DNA from: Lama glama
Taxonomy: Eukaryota
DNA length: 64,000 nucleotides
NCBI GenBank assembly: GCA_028534125.1
Contig: CM052832.1
Span: 17,114,001 to 17,178,000 of the forward strand
Reading direction: 5' to 3'
Position numbers and translations under genes: made by a program. The notes below the pieces were generated by a model that was not told the origin of the DNA, did no database searches, and saw only the letters and a program-made list of their open reading frames with translations. Positions 36,468 to 49,929 of this stretch are shown piece after piece (the stretch's first letter is position 1; each line of letters opens with the position of its first letter).

Positions 36468-39400
36468 CTGTGGGGACAAAGGAAGAAGTAACAGTGTCAT
36501 CAGCGGGCCGGGAGGGGACCCCCAGTCTCCATGGTGTCCATGGCAGGACTGCCACACTGCACGATCCAATGGGCTCTCTCCACACCTACGGCCACATGAA
36601 CAGGCCCCTCGGGTGTGCGGTGCATGACCTGACGGCAGGGCGGAGGCGGAGGTCAGTGGCTGGGCCTGGGGCAGAGAGGCCTCTGGCCTTAGGAAGCCGT
36701 CCCAGTTTGCTCTGAATACAGGAGCCACGTGATAGGGCAGGTAAGAAGGAACTCAGTCTCAGGGAAAAGGACTCACCGTGGCAGGACCTCTGAGGACAGA
36801 ATAACCAAACACGGGGCCGGAAGGGTCAGACTAGCAAGTGGGGGCCTCCAGTGCAGACTGGAGCAGCAGACTGGCCAGAAAATGCAAGGTGGGGGCTTTA
36901 GATGTGCAGCTGGTGTAAGAGAGCGGGCTACCTGCAGGCAGCAAGGCTCCCCGTGGGGAGAGTATTGTCTATTTGAGGGAAATCTGGGGATGACCCTTTA
37001 GATACTCACCTGTCTTATATTCCAAGTCTCTCAGCAGCCTCCCTGGGGAGAAAAAAAGGACAGTGACCCTCATGCAGTGACCCTCAAGCCCAGCAAACTT
37101 ATGGGTCCTTTCTCACTTAGACAGTACTAATTTCACAACAAGGCTCCAGCCCTCAGATCCTAAGAAGAGAAAACAACCAGGAGACCTCAGAGGAGTGAGG
37201 GCAGAGAATCAGGCAGAAAGGAGCCAGCACCCTCTTCTTGAAGCAGCACCCATGCCCTCCCCAGTCCTCACCTTGGAATTCTCTCAGGCCTCGCTGCAGA
37301 GACAGAAGTTTATCTGAGAATTCTCCTGTCCTTTTTTTAACCACTCGAGCAATGGGTTTCCCAATCCAGAACTTCTTCCGTGGATACCTGAGAAGATGAC
37401 AGACAAACCTGTTACTCAGATCTCCTTACATTACTCTCAACTCTCACACGTGTGGAGGGGGAGGGAAAGGTACGATCGTCCCCAGGTAACAGAAAGACAG
37501 GGCCTCAGAGACACTAAGTGAACTGCCCAGGGCTGAGCCAGGACTTACGACCATCAGCAGACTCAACATCCAGGGCACTTCTGTCTGCCAAGCCACGCCC
37601 TACCCTTGCCACCCTGTCCCGTCACAGATACAGATCGTGGACCCAGGAGTTGGAGGTAACAGGGAAGTTGCTCAGGTACAGAGCAAGTCTCCGCCAGTTC
37701 TCAAGGATGTGTTCTTGCTTCCCAGGAGGGAAGGTCGTCAGGATGAACCATGGAGTACAGGTCCCTCTGGCCCCATATCACTCCCCATTAACTGAAATGG
37801 ACCGTGGTCAAGGAACAGGGGCAAGGACACAGGAACAGGGAAATGAGGTGCACTGTGGAGAGGAAACTCTTGTACCTGTTTAAGAAGTCTCTGGTGTCCT
37901 GGAAGAGAAGACAGCATAAGCATCAATGTGACTCTAAGAAGACATCATTCATATGCATCAACACTATTAAAGACCAGGGATGCATCACTGAACAAAATAA
38001 ATGCGGCCCCTCCTTATGGAGCTGACATTCTAGTGGCGGCACTGGATAAAACAACAAGAAAATAAAGTAAATAAACAAAGTAATCATAATGACAGAGGGA
38101 GGGCAGGGGATGACAGCCAACTTCTCTGAGAGGATGACACTTGCACTGAGATTTGAAGAAGGTGCTGGCCAGGTGAAGAATGGGAAGCAAGCAAGGTGGG
38201 AAGGGGCTTGGGAGAGGAGGCCAAATCATGCAGGACTGGACAGGCAGAGCAAGGAGTTCAAGTTCCATTCCACATTCAGTAGGAAGCCACCAAAGGGTTT
38301 CAAGTAGGGGAGTGCTATATGTGATCTGCTTTCCACACGGCTCAGACTCCTAAGTGTCCTCCAGGACCCATTTCCCCCTTCTTCCTTGTAATAACAGAAC
38401 CCACGGAGTAATAGCTGGGCACAGGGCCACCCAGCAAGACTACATTTCCCAGATTTCCTTGTAACCAGGCCTGGTCATGTGACTAAGCTCCAGCCAACAC
38501 TATGTGAAAGGAAGCAATGACTATAATTTTGGGGTCATGTCCTTTAAAAACAGAAATCCCATTCTACTTCCCTTTTTTCCTTGGCTCTATTTTGGATACA
38601 GTGGTGGTGAGCCCAACATTTGACTACGCAGCTCAGGACAACATCCCTTGAGGTGAGTGAAACTACCAGATGGAAGTAACCGGCTCTCTGGGTGACCGCA
38701 TGGCAGCTGCCCTGACAGCTCTAGACTCCTCACGTCTGAATATTGTTTCCGGGAGAGAAATAACTTGCTTGATTCAGCAGCTGGCCAAATCCCAAGTGAT
38801 CAATCAGATCAGAATGGGTTAAGGGAGGCAAGGCAGCGGGGACAGCAGGGGGTCAGTGTGGAGGCTGTTTTGTGGACCAGGTGAGAGCTAATGAAGCCTG
38901 AACTCACAGGAAGTCAGGGAAGCTGCACATTCCAGGCGTGTCTGAGACCCTGGGCACACTGGTGAAGGATAATCAAGGACAGGCAGTGACTTGAGCAGGA
39001 GGGAGGATGGTGTCATATAAGTGAAAGGACATGGGGAGGGGGTTCTTGTGAGATGCTGGTTGTTTCTCTTTTATGAGTCTAAAGCCTCCATAATATTCTG
39101 TTAATTTTTGCCTTCCTTTCACTCACTCCGCGAATGTTAATTAAGTGCTTCCTGTGTCTGGCACCACTCTAGAAGCCTGGGATAGGGCAGGGAAGAAAAA
39201 GAGACACAAATGCCTAGTAGGGGGAAGCAGAGAGCAACAATCAACACGACAAATCCATTACACTATGCTGTGATGGGGTGAGTGCTATAGGAAGGGGAGG
39301 AGCATGAAGGGGGACCAGGTGAGGGTGGGCGCAGCCTGGCCTCTTTGAGAGAGCGAGATTTGGGAAACAAATGAAACATCACCCAACTGTGGCTGCTGTG

Positions 39401-42400
39401 GACTGTTCCAGCAAGCCTCAGGAAGAACTTGGGGCTTTGCTCCAGGGGAGGCCATACAAGAGGTCAGAACTCCACCCACCCCAACCACGAAGCAACTGCC
39501 CAGGGACTGGCTGTGAGTTGCTGGCAAATCCCTCTAATCTGTCCGTCACAAGAAGGAAGTCCAAGCCGGCTTCAGAGGTCAGGGTGACAAATCTTGAGAC
39601 AGGGTATGCCAACAACTCTGCCGAGATTCGTGGTATCAAAGGGCAAATAAAAGGGCAGTGGGAAGGTGGGGTCAGGGAGCCAAGGGGACATATTTGGTGA
39701 CACAGGAGTTGCTAGAACAGAGAATGAAGCCCGTCTAAGGGTTAAAGGTTGTGAGGACCCGGAGCACCAGTGCAGGAACCCTTCTCCCAAAGGACACAGA
39801 AGGGGAGACTGGGGCGACCTGCAGCCTCACACAGGGCCTCCAGAGGGAAGCAACCTGCCCAAGGCTCCTGGACGGCCTCTCTCCCCCAGACGCCTGGGGC
39901 TGTCATGAAACAGGCCATCAGAGCAGAGGGGCTGGGGCAGGCGTCACGGCCACGCTGGGCATTAACAAAGAGTGCTCCCGAAGGCTGTTCACGGGTGTGG
40001 ACGGCGACCAACAGCGGGAGAGGCAGACGTGTGACCTGCTACCATGCCCTGCAAGGCCATGCAGTGCTGAAGCAGGGGGGCTCCAGTGTCTCTCTGGCCT
40101 CTCTTATCCCCTAGTTCCCTTTAATGTCTTCATATTCCCGGTCCAGAGACCTTTCTTTCTTTTTCTATCATTGTTGTCAAAGGGCCTCTGTTTTTCATCT
40201 TTTGTCCCATTGCCTTTCCCTCTCACCTGTATTTCTCTACCACTTTTGGATCAGGGCCCCTGTCTTAATAGGGCCTGATTCTTACTGTCCATTGACAGTC
40301 AAATAATCTCTGGGGAAGTACTAGTGACAATTCAGGAGTTAGCTGTCCAGTTCCCCTGCCGCAAAAGCAAACGCAAACAAAACACACAGATAAAACCCCC
40401 CAGCACCAAGACTTCTTGTCCTGGCTTTCGGCAGACACCCACTTCTTCTCCCTCACTCCTCCCACCCGGCCCCAGGGATGTCTTCAGTCTGAGTGGTCTT
40501 GGAGGCTCTTCTGGGTGGACTGGGGAGAGGCTCCCCTCTGGGCAGACGCAACGGGATCTCAGCCCCCCCCAGCACCCCAGCTGCGTCCCTCTCTCTGTTC
40601 CAACAAGTGCACAACCACACGGTGGCGGCGGCTGCACGGAAAGGAAACCGGCAGCTGTGGGGAAAGGAAGGATGCGCATCCCTGAAGGAGAAGGTGGGGG
40701 AGGGGGAACGGCAGCAAGTGACCCAGTCAGAGTTCAAGAGAGAAATTCAAGGGAACAGAATGACATCTGGAGGAAAGGAAGGAGCCAGAGACATTTGGAC
40801 AAAGTGAGAGAAAAGAACAGAAGTCCAGAGGCCCAGGACAAACGCTTCCACTCTCTGGCCCTCAGTGACTTCATCGGGGGTGCTGGCCTGAAGAGCTCTA
40901 TGTCCCCGCCAGTCCCGATGCATGAGTCGGAATCCACAAGGGTGGAGAGGCAGGCAGAGGCTACCTGTCCCGGCACAGGTACCTGGAGGGCTCGCCTGAC
41001 CATGTCTCCCCAGCGTCCCACTACCGACTGGCCCTGCCACTGGCCAGAGACAGCATTTTCCTAGGGGAGATCCTAGGTAGCTCCACTGCCGACAGGCCCA
41101 ACCACCCCCAACCACGCAAGTGAAAGAGATTATTACGTAGGCCTTCTCCTGGCCCATGGGAGCAGAAAGATCGAGCATGCTCCCTCCAAAGGCTGCTGAG
41201 CCCCATTCAACGCAGTGTGACTCCTCTGGGAGGCTCCGGTGGAAGGAGTTGTGGTGTCACTTCAACTTGGCAACCTGTTCTCCAGTCCATGACTCCCCCT
41301 TTCGCAGCATCAAAGCCACCTCCTCCAGGAAGTGCTCCAGAGGCACCCTGCCTGCTCTCTACCTTTTTCTCTTGAGGGTAATTTCACAGTCCCAGAGAAA
41401 ACCACGGCTGCCTCTGTCTTCCTTCACCAGCTGCCCATCCCCTCCAGACCCTCTGGGTCCTTGAGAGAAGCCGCCATTCAGCCTTCCCTCAGCCACCCCA
41501 ACCCTATAGGCTTCTTCACCTCCAGAACCATCAAGAGCTTCCCCTGGCCCAGTGTCTGCCAGTGACTTGTTAGAAGACAGGCTCGTGATGGCAGTGATGA
41601 GGGTGGAGGATAGTAACGAATGTACTAGTAATCTTCCCTTCCATTGCTACAGCACTTTTTAATATTTTAAACTTTTTTTGGTGGAAAATTCACTTTTTGA
41701 AGTGACACCATGCCAATTATCTCATCTTATGCTCATGCAACCACTGGACTAAGTGGCGGGAATAAGGATTATCATCTCCATGCTTCAGATGAGTAAACTG
41801 AGGCACCGAGAGGAAGTGCCTCTCCAAGGTCCTGTAAGTGAGGAGCAGGGCCGTAGGTCTTGGCCCTGCTCTCCGGGCTCCCTGCCCCCGGGAAGGTCTC
41901 TCACCTGCATGAGCTCTGCAGCCGGCTGCTGTGCCTTGCCCTCCAGCTCGGAGATGACCAGCGCCAGCCGGGCCAGCTCCCCGACGCCCCTGGTCTTGTA
42001 CTTCTCCCTGCCCTCTGTGAGCTCCTGCTCCAGCTTCGCCAGCTGGTCCAGCAGGTGCTGCTCCCGCTCCCTCAGGAACTGGTGGCCCTGCTCAAATTCA
42101 GCCACGATGCACTGCCTCTGGTCCTGGAGCTTCTTCTGCAGGGGTGGGAAGGGGGAGAAGGGGTGACGCCTCCGCCCCGGGGTGGACTATCCCTCCAGGA
42201 TCTGGTGCACAGGCTGGCTCTTGGCTCCGAGCTACCTCCGTTCATGAATTCTACACTGTTCGGGCTGGAAGGGGCTTTAGAGCACTCCTGGGCCGACCTT
42301 CTTTCCTCAAAGACACAGTAAGTCCATCAGTTCAGTTCCCTCAGACACCACGGGACTGGACCCCTGACTCCACCTGCCACTGATCTGTTCTAGGTAAACC

Positions 42401-44150
42401 AGTATGTTCTGGGGCCTTCTGAGGAACATTGCAAGCCAACACACTTTTCCCTCCTGGATACCAACTGCTGTGAGTTGCCTCTTCCAGGAAGTTTCCCTTG
42501 ATAAACTTCATCTGAGCCTGACCAATCCTCTCTTCAGCATCCCTCCTCCATTATGTATAAAGTTCTGTGTGTGCGCCCCATCCCTAACATGTAAGACTCT
42601 ATCCTGTTTCCTCAGTGAAACTGGAACGTCTGTGCTCAGGGACCATGTCCTTTACCGCCTCCGAGTTTCCCTGCCGCGTCCAGCCAGGGATCTGGTCAGC
42701 ATCCTCGGTTCTCTCACTGACTAATTAATATTGGGCTGGAGGCGTCCTTGCGCAATGAGGGCCTAGAGGTACTCCCTGGTCCTGGGCCACCTCCCGCTTC
42801 ACTCTGTCTCTCTCCCAGTGCCTAACAGGTCACTGCTGGGACTGGCCCCAACATCCCTCCATAGTGCCTACTTCCCCAACTGACTCTCCCCCAGAAAATT
42901 GGAATCCTCTTATCAGATTTCCCCCTCTGATCCCATCTCTAAACAAGCACACACATGCTGCCTCTGTTTTCTAACTACTGGCGACCACAGGCACAGGACT
43001 CACTAGACACAGTGTCCTCAGAGCTGGTCAGGCCTGGCCCAGCCTACCTCTCTCAGTTCTTACCCTGGAGCCAGCTCCGACCTTCCAAACCCTCGGCTCC
43101 CCTGCGCTCTCAGGAATACGTCTTTCTCCCTCTCTTTGAAGGAAGAACCAGGCTGGGCCTTACTTGGTTCCCTGCACTCTGGCTCTGCCAAGCAGACACG
43201 GCCTGCAGCAGAGTCACAGAAGGAGAAGGACCTTAGCTGGCATCCAGGCAACCCACTCACTCGTGAGACGAGGAAGTGGGCCCAGAGCACAGAGCCCAGA
43301 CTGGCAGGGCTTGAGCCAAAGCCCAGGCCCCCCGGCTGCCAGTCCAGTCAGGGCTCCGTCTCCCAGGGAGCCGGGCGCCCCGCAGCCGGGCCTTGGGAGC
43401 TCCTGCTCCTCTCGGCCTCAGGGCTTTCCCTCTACGGCCTCACTTACCAGCGCAGCCAGGATATCAGCTTCTCCCTTGGCCTGAAAGCCCTGAATTTTGT
43501 CTCTGTCTCGCCTTAGGGTACTCAGGTGGTTCAGGATTTTTTCCTGTAGAAAGACAAGCAGTGGGGACAGGTGGACGCTCTGGCCTGAGGCAGGAGGGAG
43601 GACTCGGCCGGTCCTCGGAAGCAAGAAGCCTTCAAAGGGGTCTGAGCCGGGCCTGGCCTCTGGGTGGATGCCGAGCAGAGCATCCCGCCCTGCGGGGGTG
43701 AGGAGGGCTTACCCTGTGGGGCTGGGCGGCCTTCTCCACCAGGACGGCCGAGTGGGGCCTGTGTTCCCGGGACTCCCGGCACAGGACGCACAGCAGCTGC
43801 CCGTCGTCCTCGCAGTAGTAGTGCAGCTTCTCCCGGTGCCGCGCGCACAGACGCGGGTCCGGCTGCTCCTGGGCCGCCTCCCCTGGCTGCCTGCCCTTGT
43901 CCACTTTCAGCCGCTCAATGTTCTCCACCAGGCTGGCCAGCTGCCATACGGGCCTGATGTTCTCCTTCTTAAAAGGCTTCTTGCAGAGGGGGCAGACGGG
44001 GCGGCCCCCTGAGACAGGGCGGATGTCGGTGGTACAGCTGCGGCAGAAGACGTGGCCACAGTCAATGGTCACCGGGTCCCGCAGGTAATCGAGGCAGATG
44101 GAGCAGGTCACCTCCTCTTCCAGGCTCCGCAGTGGTGCTGACGTGGCCAT
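35785..44150 (-). CDS. TRIM26: TRIM26 (RING, B-box, coiled-coil, B30.2 with acidic insert); gene span of 7 coding exons, 539 aa
   Basis: Exons 44150-43713, 43543-43448, 42135-41905, 37898-37876, 37387-37272, 37042-37010 and 36467-35785 total 1620 nt in an open frame; [23 protein letters not shown]...[10 protein letters not shown]. Confidence 0.97.
37010..37042 (-). CDS. TRIM26: TRIM26 coding exon 6 (33 nt)
   Basis: ccccag|(G)[10 protein letters not shown]|gtgagt. Confidence 0.93.
37272..37387 (-). CDS. TRIM26: TRIM26 coding exon 5 (116 nt)
   Basis: tctcag|[21 protein letters not shown]...REFQ|gtgagg. Confidence 0.95.
37876..37898 (-). CDS. TRIM26: TRIM26 coding exon 4 (23 nt)
   Basis: ttccag|DTRDFLNR|gtacaa. 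Confidence 0.93.
37930..38330. mobile_element. L2 fragment
   Basis: ccttatggagctgacattctagtgg...cttctctgagaggatgacacttg...ggaagccaccaaagggtttcaagtaggggagtg. Confidence 0.55.
38340..38795. mobile_element. MaLR LTR (MLT1J-like)
   Basis: gactacatttcccagatttccttg...ggtcatgtgactaag. Confidence 0.55.
41905..42135 (-). CDS. TRIM26: TRIM26 coding exon 3 (231 nt)
   Basis: ctgcag|[14 protein letters not shown]...AAELMQ|gtgaga. Confidence 0.95.
43448..43543 (-). CDS. TRIM26: TRIM26 coding exon 2 (96 nt)
   Basis: ctacag|[10 protein letters not shown]...ILAAL|gtaagt. Confidence 0.95.
43713..44150 (-). CDS. TRIM26: TRIM26 coding exon 1 (RING + B-box, 438 nt)
   Basis: [19 protein letters not shown]...AAQPHR|gtaagc. 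Confidence 0.96.
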
Positions 44151-46092
44151 GGTGTCCTTAGCTCAGAGGGGTCCCTGTTCGCTGGTGGGACTTCTCCTTG
44201 GAGACCAGACATGGAGTCAAGAGCAGGCACAGCAGGGGAGCAGCAGTGGCAGCCTCGTACAGGGCTGCCAGCTCCAGTGACCAATCTGTCACTCGACAGA
44301 CGCTGAGCAGCTCCTACAAGGCTCACACAAAATCAGAGCGAGAGGACCTTACCGATCCTCAAGTCCAACCGCTCATTTTACAGATGAGGAAACTGAGGCC
44401 CAGAGAAGGGAGAGCAGGGCTGCCACCAGCCCAAGCTGTGCTGTTGGAAAAGCACTCCTACCTCAAGACCCTTTCCTTCCATCTGTTGGGAAATTGCTCT
44501 AATGTACCAATTATGACAAAATAAGACACTAGATAACTAGCTGGAAAATCGACATAATATACAAATCTGCAATGTCTGTTACATACACAGCGATGCCTTA
44601 CTTGTGCAGTGCACAAGCTGCTCAACTCTTCATGGGGGGCCCTGACAGAGTTAAAAGATTCCTTTGTTTGCCCTCCAGATTTTGGGGTCTAAGAGCTAAG
44701 CGCACTGAGGTTCTTTATCAAGACTCAAGAAGCATCAAGAGCCTGAGTTCCAGTGTCCTCCTTTATAGATGTTTCCCCGGGCTGTGCTGAAGTTTTTGAC
44801 TTGGTTCACTTTCCCGGGAACGCTGGTCTCTACCTAGACCCAGCCTGCCGGCAGAGCATGGCCTGGCCACACTGGACTCATTCTCAGCTGTGACTCCCCC
44901 GTGTAGCTGGCTTGGCTACTGTGCTGCCAATAAAGGCGACTGAAACTAATGTGGGAGGAATCCTCAGGTAGTTTGTGACTGTGATGTGCTGATGAGGGCT
45001 TAGCCCTCACAGGGAGCCCAGAAGCTGAGCACAGAGAGGACTTTAGTCCTGTTTACCTTTGCAGCCCTGGCCCACTTCCTGTTTGAGGTTCGGGAGCCGC
45101 AGCACACCCAACCCAACTGCTGCCTCCTGTCTCCAACTCTGTGTGACAAGAGAGAACCCATTTAAGTACTCTGAGCCTCAGTTCATCCATCCATAAAATG
45201 GGGAGAGTGATACTTACCTTCAAGGGTTTTTAAGTGGGTTGAGTAAAGGAATCATGTTGAAAGGACTAAGCATAAGCACGGTACAGAGGAGAATCTAAGA
45301 GAACCCAGAACCCTTGGCCCCCAAATCTACTCAAAGCACAAGTAGAGCAAGAGCAGAAATTTAAAGCGGCAGCAAGAGAGGAAGTGAGGGTGCACCGCCA
45401 TAGTGACACACGTGCTCCCGATTTAAAGCAAACGCGGGCCTCGTGGGGCAGGGGCTGGGGCATCTGCTCTGCCACAGACCCACAGAAAGCAACTCGTGGG
45501 AAGACAGCCGGCAGCCAGGGTGCGCAGGTAACTGCGAGGCTGGAATGAAGCCCTTGGAACCCCAGGCAAATCAATATGATTACTGATCATGTACATGAAA
45601 GTCCATTACAACCGAGTTCACTGGCCATCGAGTTCTTTCACTGCAGTGACATGAATGAGCTAGAAATAAAGCCCCAAAGAGAAAACAACACAGGAATACA
45701 AAGTCTACTTCTTGAGGCTCTAACGCAGCACTGTTAAAGTGCTTTATAGAGTAAAAGTTCTGTACAAATGTAAGGGCTTCATGGCTGACGGAAGCTCTGA
45801 TGGATTTGGAGATGAGCGACTTTAAGAGATGTAATGAGTGTAGAGAAGACATGTACCCACAAAGCTCAAATGAAAGAATTAAGGAATTTAACTGGCAAAT
45901 GAAGGTAATAAAGTTTTTAGAATGTTAGTACTACTAGTAAAATCCTAGGAAATGCCAGGTCCGAATCCTTGGTTTCACTGTTGAAAAAGTAAGTCTGACC
46001 CAGCACTTTCAGGTGACACAGCCTGACACAGGGTTGGGACAGAGGAAAGGGCCACAGTGCTGGTGATTCCTGTGGGCGTTGGAGTCCTTCAC

Positions 46093-46194
46093 CAGCTCCG
46101 TTTGCTGAGGGGCTTGGAAGTTCAAAAACTTATTTGTTTCTTTTGTTGTTGTAGGGGGACAGCATGTGTTATCTTTGGGGCTGGGAATTTAATT
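46093..46194 (-). other. TRIM26: Probable TRIM26 5'UTR exon
   Basis: gcaacag|AATTAAATTCC...GGAGCTG|gtgaag on the - strand; TRIM26 is known to have non-coding 5' exons. Confidence 0.45.
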
Positions 46195-46371
46195 CTGTTG
46201 CAAGTTATTGGAAGAATAAAAAGGACTATCAAGAGCTCAGCTACAGCTCTCTGTCCATACAAAACCTGACACAGTCAGGTGCCCTCATCACTTACAGCAG
46301 GTGATCTTCACCCAGCCTCCATGCTGGGCTTTGATGAACTTCTAAACCCCCGACACTACATGAAAATGATC

Positions 46372-46465
46372 GGGCTCAGGGGTTATAGCTCAGTGGCACA
46401 GCACGTGCTTAGCATGCATGAGGTCTTGGGTTCAATCCCCAGTAACGCCATTAAAAAAAAAAAAA
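46372..46465 (+). mobile_element. Vic-1-like SINE
   Basis: ggggttatagctcagtggcacagcacgtgcttagcatgcatgaggtcttgggttcaatccccagtaacgcca followed by a poly-A run. Confidence 0.8.
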
Positions 46466-48343
46466 GACTGCATACGTACTAGATGAACAAACCTGTCTAG
46501 GGATTATAGAAGAACACTGGTAAATAAGTGTTGGACGGATAATAGAATTAGAAAAACACCATCTTGCAGTTCCCATTATAATAAGATCATCAACAGATGC
46601 TAAAACCGTGAGGTGAAAGGTACTAGGCGACAGGACTGTCCCATAGTGCCAAAGTACCACCCAGTAGGTTATTCCCTAATGTACACTGATAAGGAGAGAC
46701 CTGGAGGTGGCCTTAGTCAGGAACCAAATCCAGCATCGCTAATAGAGGGACAAACTGGCATACGTTCCCCAACGTGGCGCCATGTGAATTGCACGTTACC
46801 CTTGAAGTAGTCCTGCCAAAAATGTTTGACGTGGATGAATCTAATCAAGTCTTTCATCCTAACTTCCAGTTTATAGAAAATATGAGGGACAGAGGAATGA
46901 GCAAAACTACACCATGAGGAAACAATCACATAAATCCAGAATAAGCAAATGTCATAAGAAATAAAACAGGGTTATTCTTGATTTTAAAAGACTAAGGAGA
47001 AATAACAACCAAATGCAAATACCTTGATTGGATCCTGGTTTTAAAAAAACTATAAAAACAGTTCGGGGACAATTAGAGGAAATTTGACAAAAGACTGGGT
47101 ATTGGATCATATTAAGAAATGGTTATTGACTTTTAAGGGCATTTATTGAAGTTAGGTCTGAGAATATCCGTATTTTTAGGCAATGCATGCTGTAATATTT
47201 AGGACTTTAAGACCACAACTTAACTTTTCAATGGTTCAATAAAATAAAATAAAAAGTTTTCTCAGGAGAGGGGCTAGAGTTTTCCATCCTTCTTAAAAGA
47301 ATCCATACAAGGGCCTGTAACTACCAAAGATGTTGAAAATCACTTGACACTTGCAGAAGCTCAATACAGAGGCACTGAACAAATGAATGGATTCAGAGGG
47401 AGTGAAGGCAACACTAACTGTATGTGCACTTGTTTGAGAGTCTGCCTGAACGAGACAAACAAAACATACACAGTCCATTTCTATGTTCAGTCCCATTACT
47501 TGGTTATATAGGCTCCACCTTGAACACAGAACACATATTGAAGACGGCTTACTATAGCATTGCTGAATACATGCAAGAACTGAGGTGCAAATCTGTGGGT
47601 TGAATTCAGGGTCAAGTTTGGGCTCTAACCCCATACTCAGGTGACTGATGACTTCTTAGCAGCAGCACTTACATGGGACCCACCTTATCTGCCACTTACA
47701 CATCCTATGTCATTTAATGATCAGGATACTCTTCGGAGGATACTGAGGCTCAGGGATAAGCACCTTCCCAAGAGCGCACAGCAGTGCCTGGTGCTGACGC
47801 CTCAGCCCAACCCACGCCACTCTCTTCTCTGCCCAGGCAAACTGGAAAGCGGGTCAAATACCAGCCCCTTTGTCAGGAAGCTCCGATGAGGTCATCCCAA
47901 TAGAAGGGCTTTGTCAGCTGAAGAGTGCTGACGGAAGTAAAGGGGCACGTAGCACTGCTGACACTGACCAAAAGCACCCTGGCCTTAGATATGACAGAAA
48001 GCGGGGTTCGAGGATGAAACGGACCTGAACAACTGCTCCCCACCCCACATCCAACCCTTTTGAGCCAACACAAAACTGACCCTCTCCCTAAACCCCTCCC
48101 CAACTGACCAAGCTCCCCCAAGATTCTGCCCTTTCTGTTTTTGTGCCTTCAGCATATTCTGATTATCTCAACAGGTTTGGGGGAAAATAAGGGGTAAAAT
48201 TCTCATTATAATCTCCATTCCTGGCTATTGGGTGGACAGAAACCACAGAAAGCCAGAGCCAGAAAAAAACCTTAGAGACAATGTGGTCCACCCTACGCCT
48301 TTTACCCAAATGAGAATCCAGAGGAAGTCATTTCAGGAGTTAC

Positions 48344-48442
48344 CTTGTACCAGAGGCCACACACCCCTGCTCTAGGATGGGCAGGTCTTCTGTCCCTTCA
48401 ACAACCCAGAAGCTGGTTGCATTTCCCCAGAACCAGGCAGAA
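48344..48442 (-). other. TRIM26: Probable TRIM26 5'UTR exon (acceptor uncertain; alternative start at 48513)
   Basis: Donor GGTACAAG|gtaact; acceptor gtctccag|TTCTGCC. Confidence 0.4.
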
Positions 48443-49429
48443 CTGGAGACACTCCCAACCTTCCAGAGTTCCCCTTGCCCCACGATCCACCTGTCCCCGA
48501 CTACTCTCCGGGTCTTGTAAATACCTGCTCTGCGACAACAGGCTGGCGGAGGTGACACCACATATTTCTGGCAGCACAGTCAGGATGTGGATGTCATGCG
48601 CAATTCTTTGCTGTGAGAACCACTGCGAGCTGCAAAAACTAGCTGAGGGAAGCATCACCGGGAATGCCACACTTGGTAAGGGACAGACCCCTCCAGCCCC
48701 TGCAGTGCACTCTGGCCTCCAGGCTGCTTCTCAAGTCCACATGTGAGGCTCCAAACAAGGAGCCCTTCTTCCGTGTAATCCCAAAGCTCAGCCTCGGGCT
48801 CCATGCCCCATGGGAAACCCTTAGGGTTCAAAGGGCTCTTGGGGCTCCAGATTAATCCTCACTTCTTAGGCTGAAACAAGCAAATACTCCTAGAAATGAA
48901 CTTCTGTGAGACACCGCTAACAAAGCCAGAGAGCACAGAATTCAGGGCGAAAAGCGAGTGATCTGGATCTAGATACTAGGAGTGCCCGTGCCTCTGCTGA
49001 TGACACCAAAGGCCTTGACTCCCCAGATTTTCAAGCCTAGTTGTGGGTGTGGGATGGTCACCAGGCCATCTCAGGAGATAGTGGACAGTGCATTCTTGAG
49101 GTCACACGTAGGTTACTTTTCCCCCATAGGGCCGAACATCAGCGGTGCTCTGAAGCACCATGCAGGCCACACAGAGACAAGCTCTGCATAGTCAGGGTGA
49201 TGGTGGCAGCAGCCACTGGGAGGTGATGGGACAAGGCTTTAAAGTGCCTCTGAGGCTTTTAAGGAGAAGGCTGTCATCATTCATTCAATAGCTGATGATA
49301 CTTTTGTGTGACTACTAAGTGACAGGCACTGAGGATACAGCAGAGAACAAAAATGGGAAAATCCCTGCCCTCCCAAAGCTTACATCTAGTGAGTATAATT
49401 ACTCATTTAACACCAGCTTTTCCCACCAC

Positions 49430-49929
49430 NNNNNNNNNNNNNNNNNNNNNNNNNNNNNNNNNNNNNNNNNNNNNNNNNNNNNNNNNNNNNNNNNNNNNNN
49501 NNNNNNNNNNNNNNNNNNNNNNNNNNNNNNNNNNNNNNNNNNNNNNNNNNNNNNNNNNNNNNNNNNNNNNNNNNNNNNNNNNNNNNNNNNNNNNNNNNNN
49601 NNNNNNNNNNNNNNNNNNNNNNNNNNNNNNNNNNNNNNNNNNNNNNNNNNNNNNNNNNNNNNNNNNNNNNNNNNNNNNNNNNNNNNNNNNNNNNNNNNNN
49701 NNNNNNNNNNNNNNNNNNNNNNNNNNNNNNNNNNNNNNNNNNNNNNNNNNNNNNNNNNNNNNNNNNNNNNNNNNNNNNNNNNNNNNNNNNNNNNNNNNNN
49801 NNNNNNNNNNNNNNNNNNNNNNNNNNNNNNNNNNNNNNNNNNNNNNNNNNNNNNNNNNNNNNNNNNNNNNNNNNNNNNNNNNNNNNNNNNNNNNNNNNNN
49901 NNNNNNNNNNNNNNNNNNNNNNNNNNNNN
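49430..49929. other. Assembly gap (500 N) joining a TRIM26 5' intron to a GABBR1 intron
   Basis: Run of exactly 500 N. Confidence 1.

Noticed and set aside
40324..41064. 246-aa ORF in a TRIM26 intron, opposite strand
   Set aside because: Non-ATG start, no recognisable motif, and composition typical of a GC-rich intron
46378..46450. Apparent tRNA-Ala(AGC) gene (and similar copies elsewhere)
   Set aside because: It has an A-rich tail, mismatched stems and many diverged copies in the window, so it is a SINE rather than a tRNA gene
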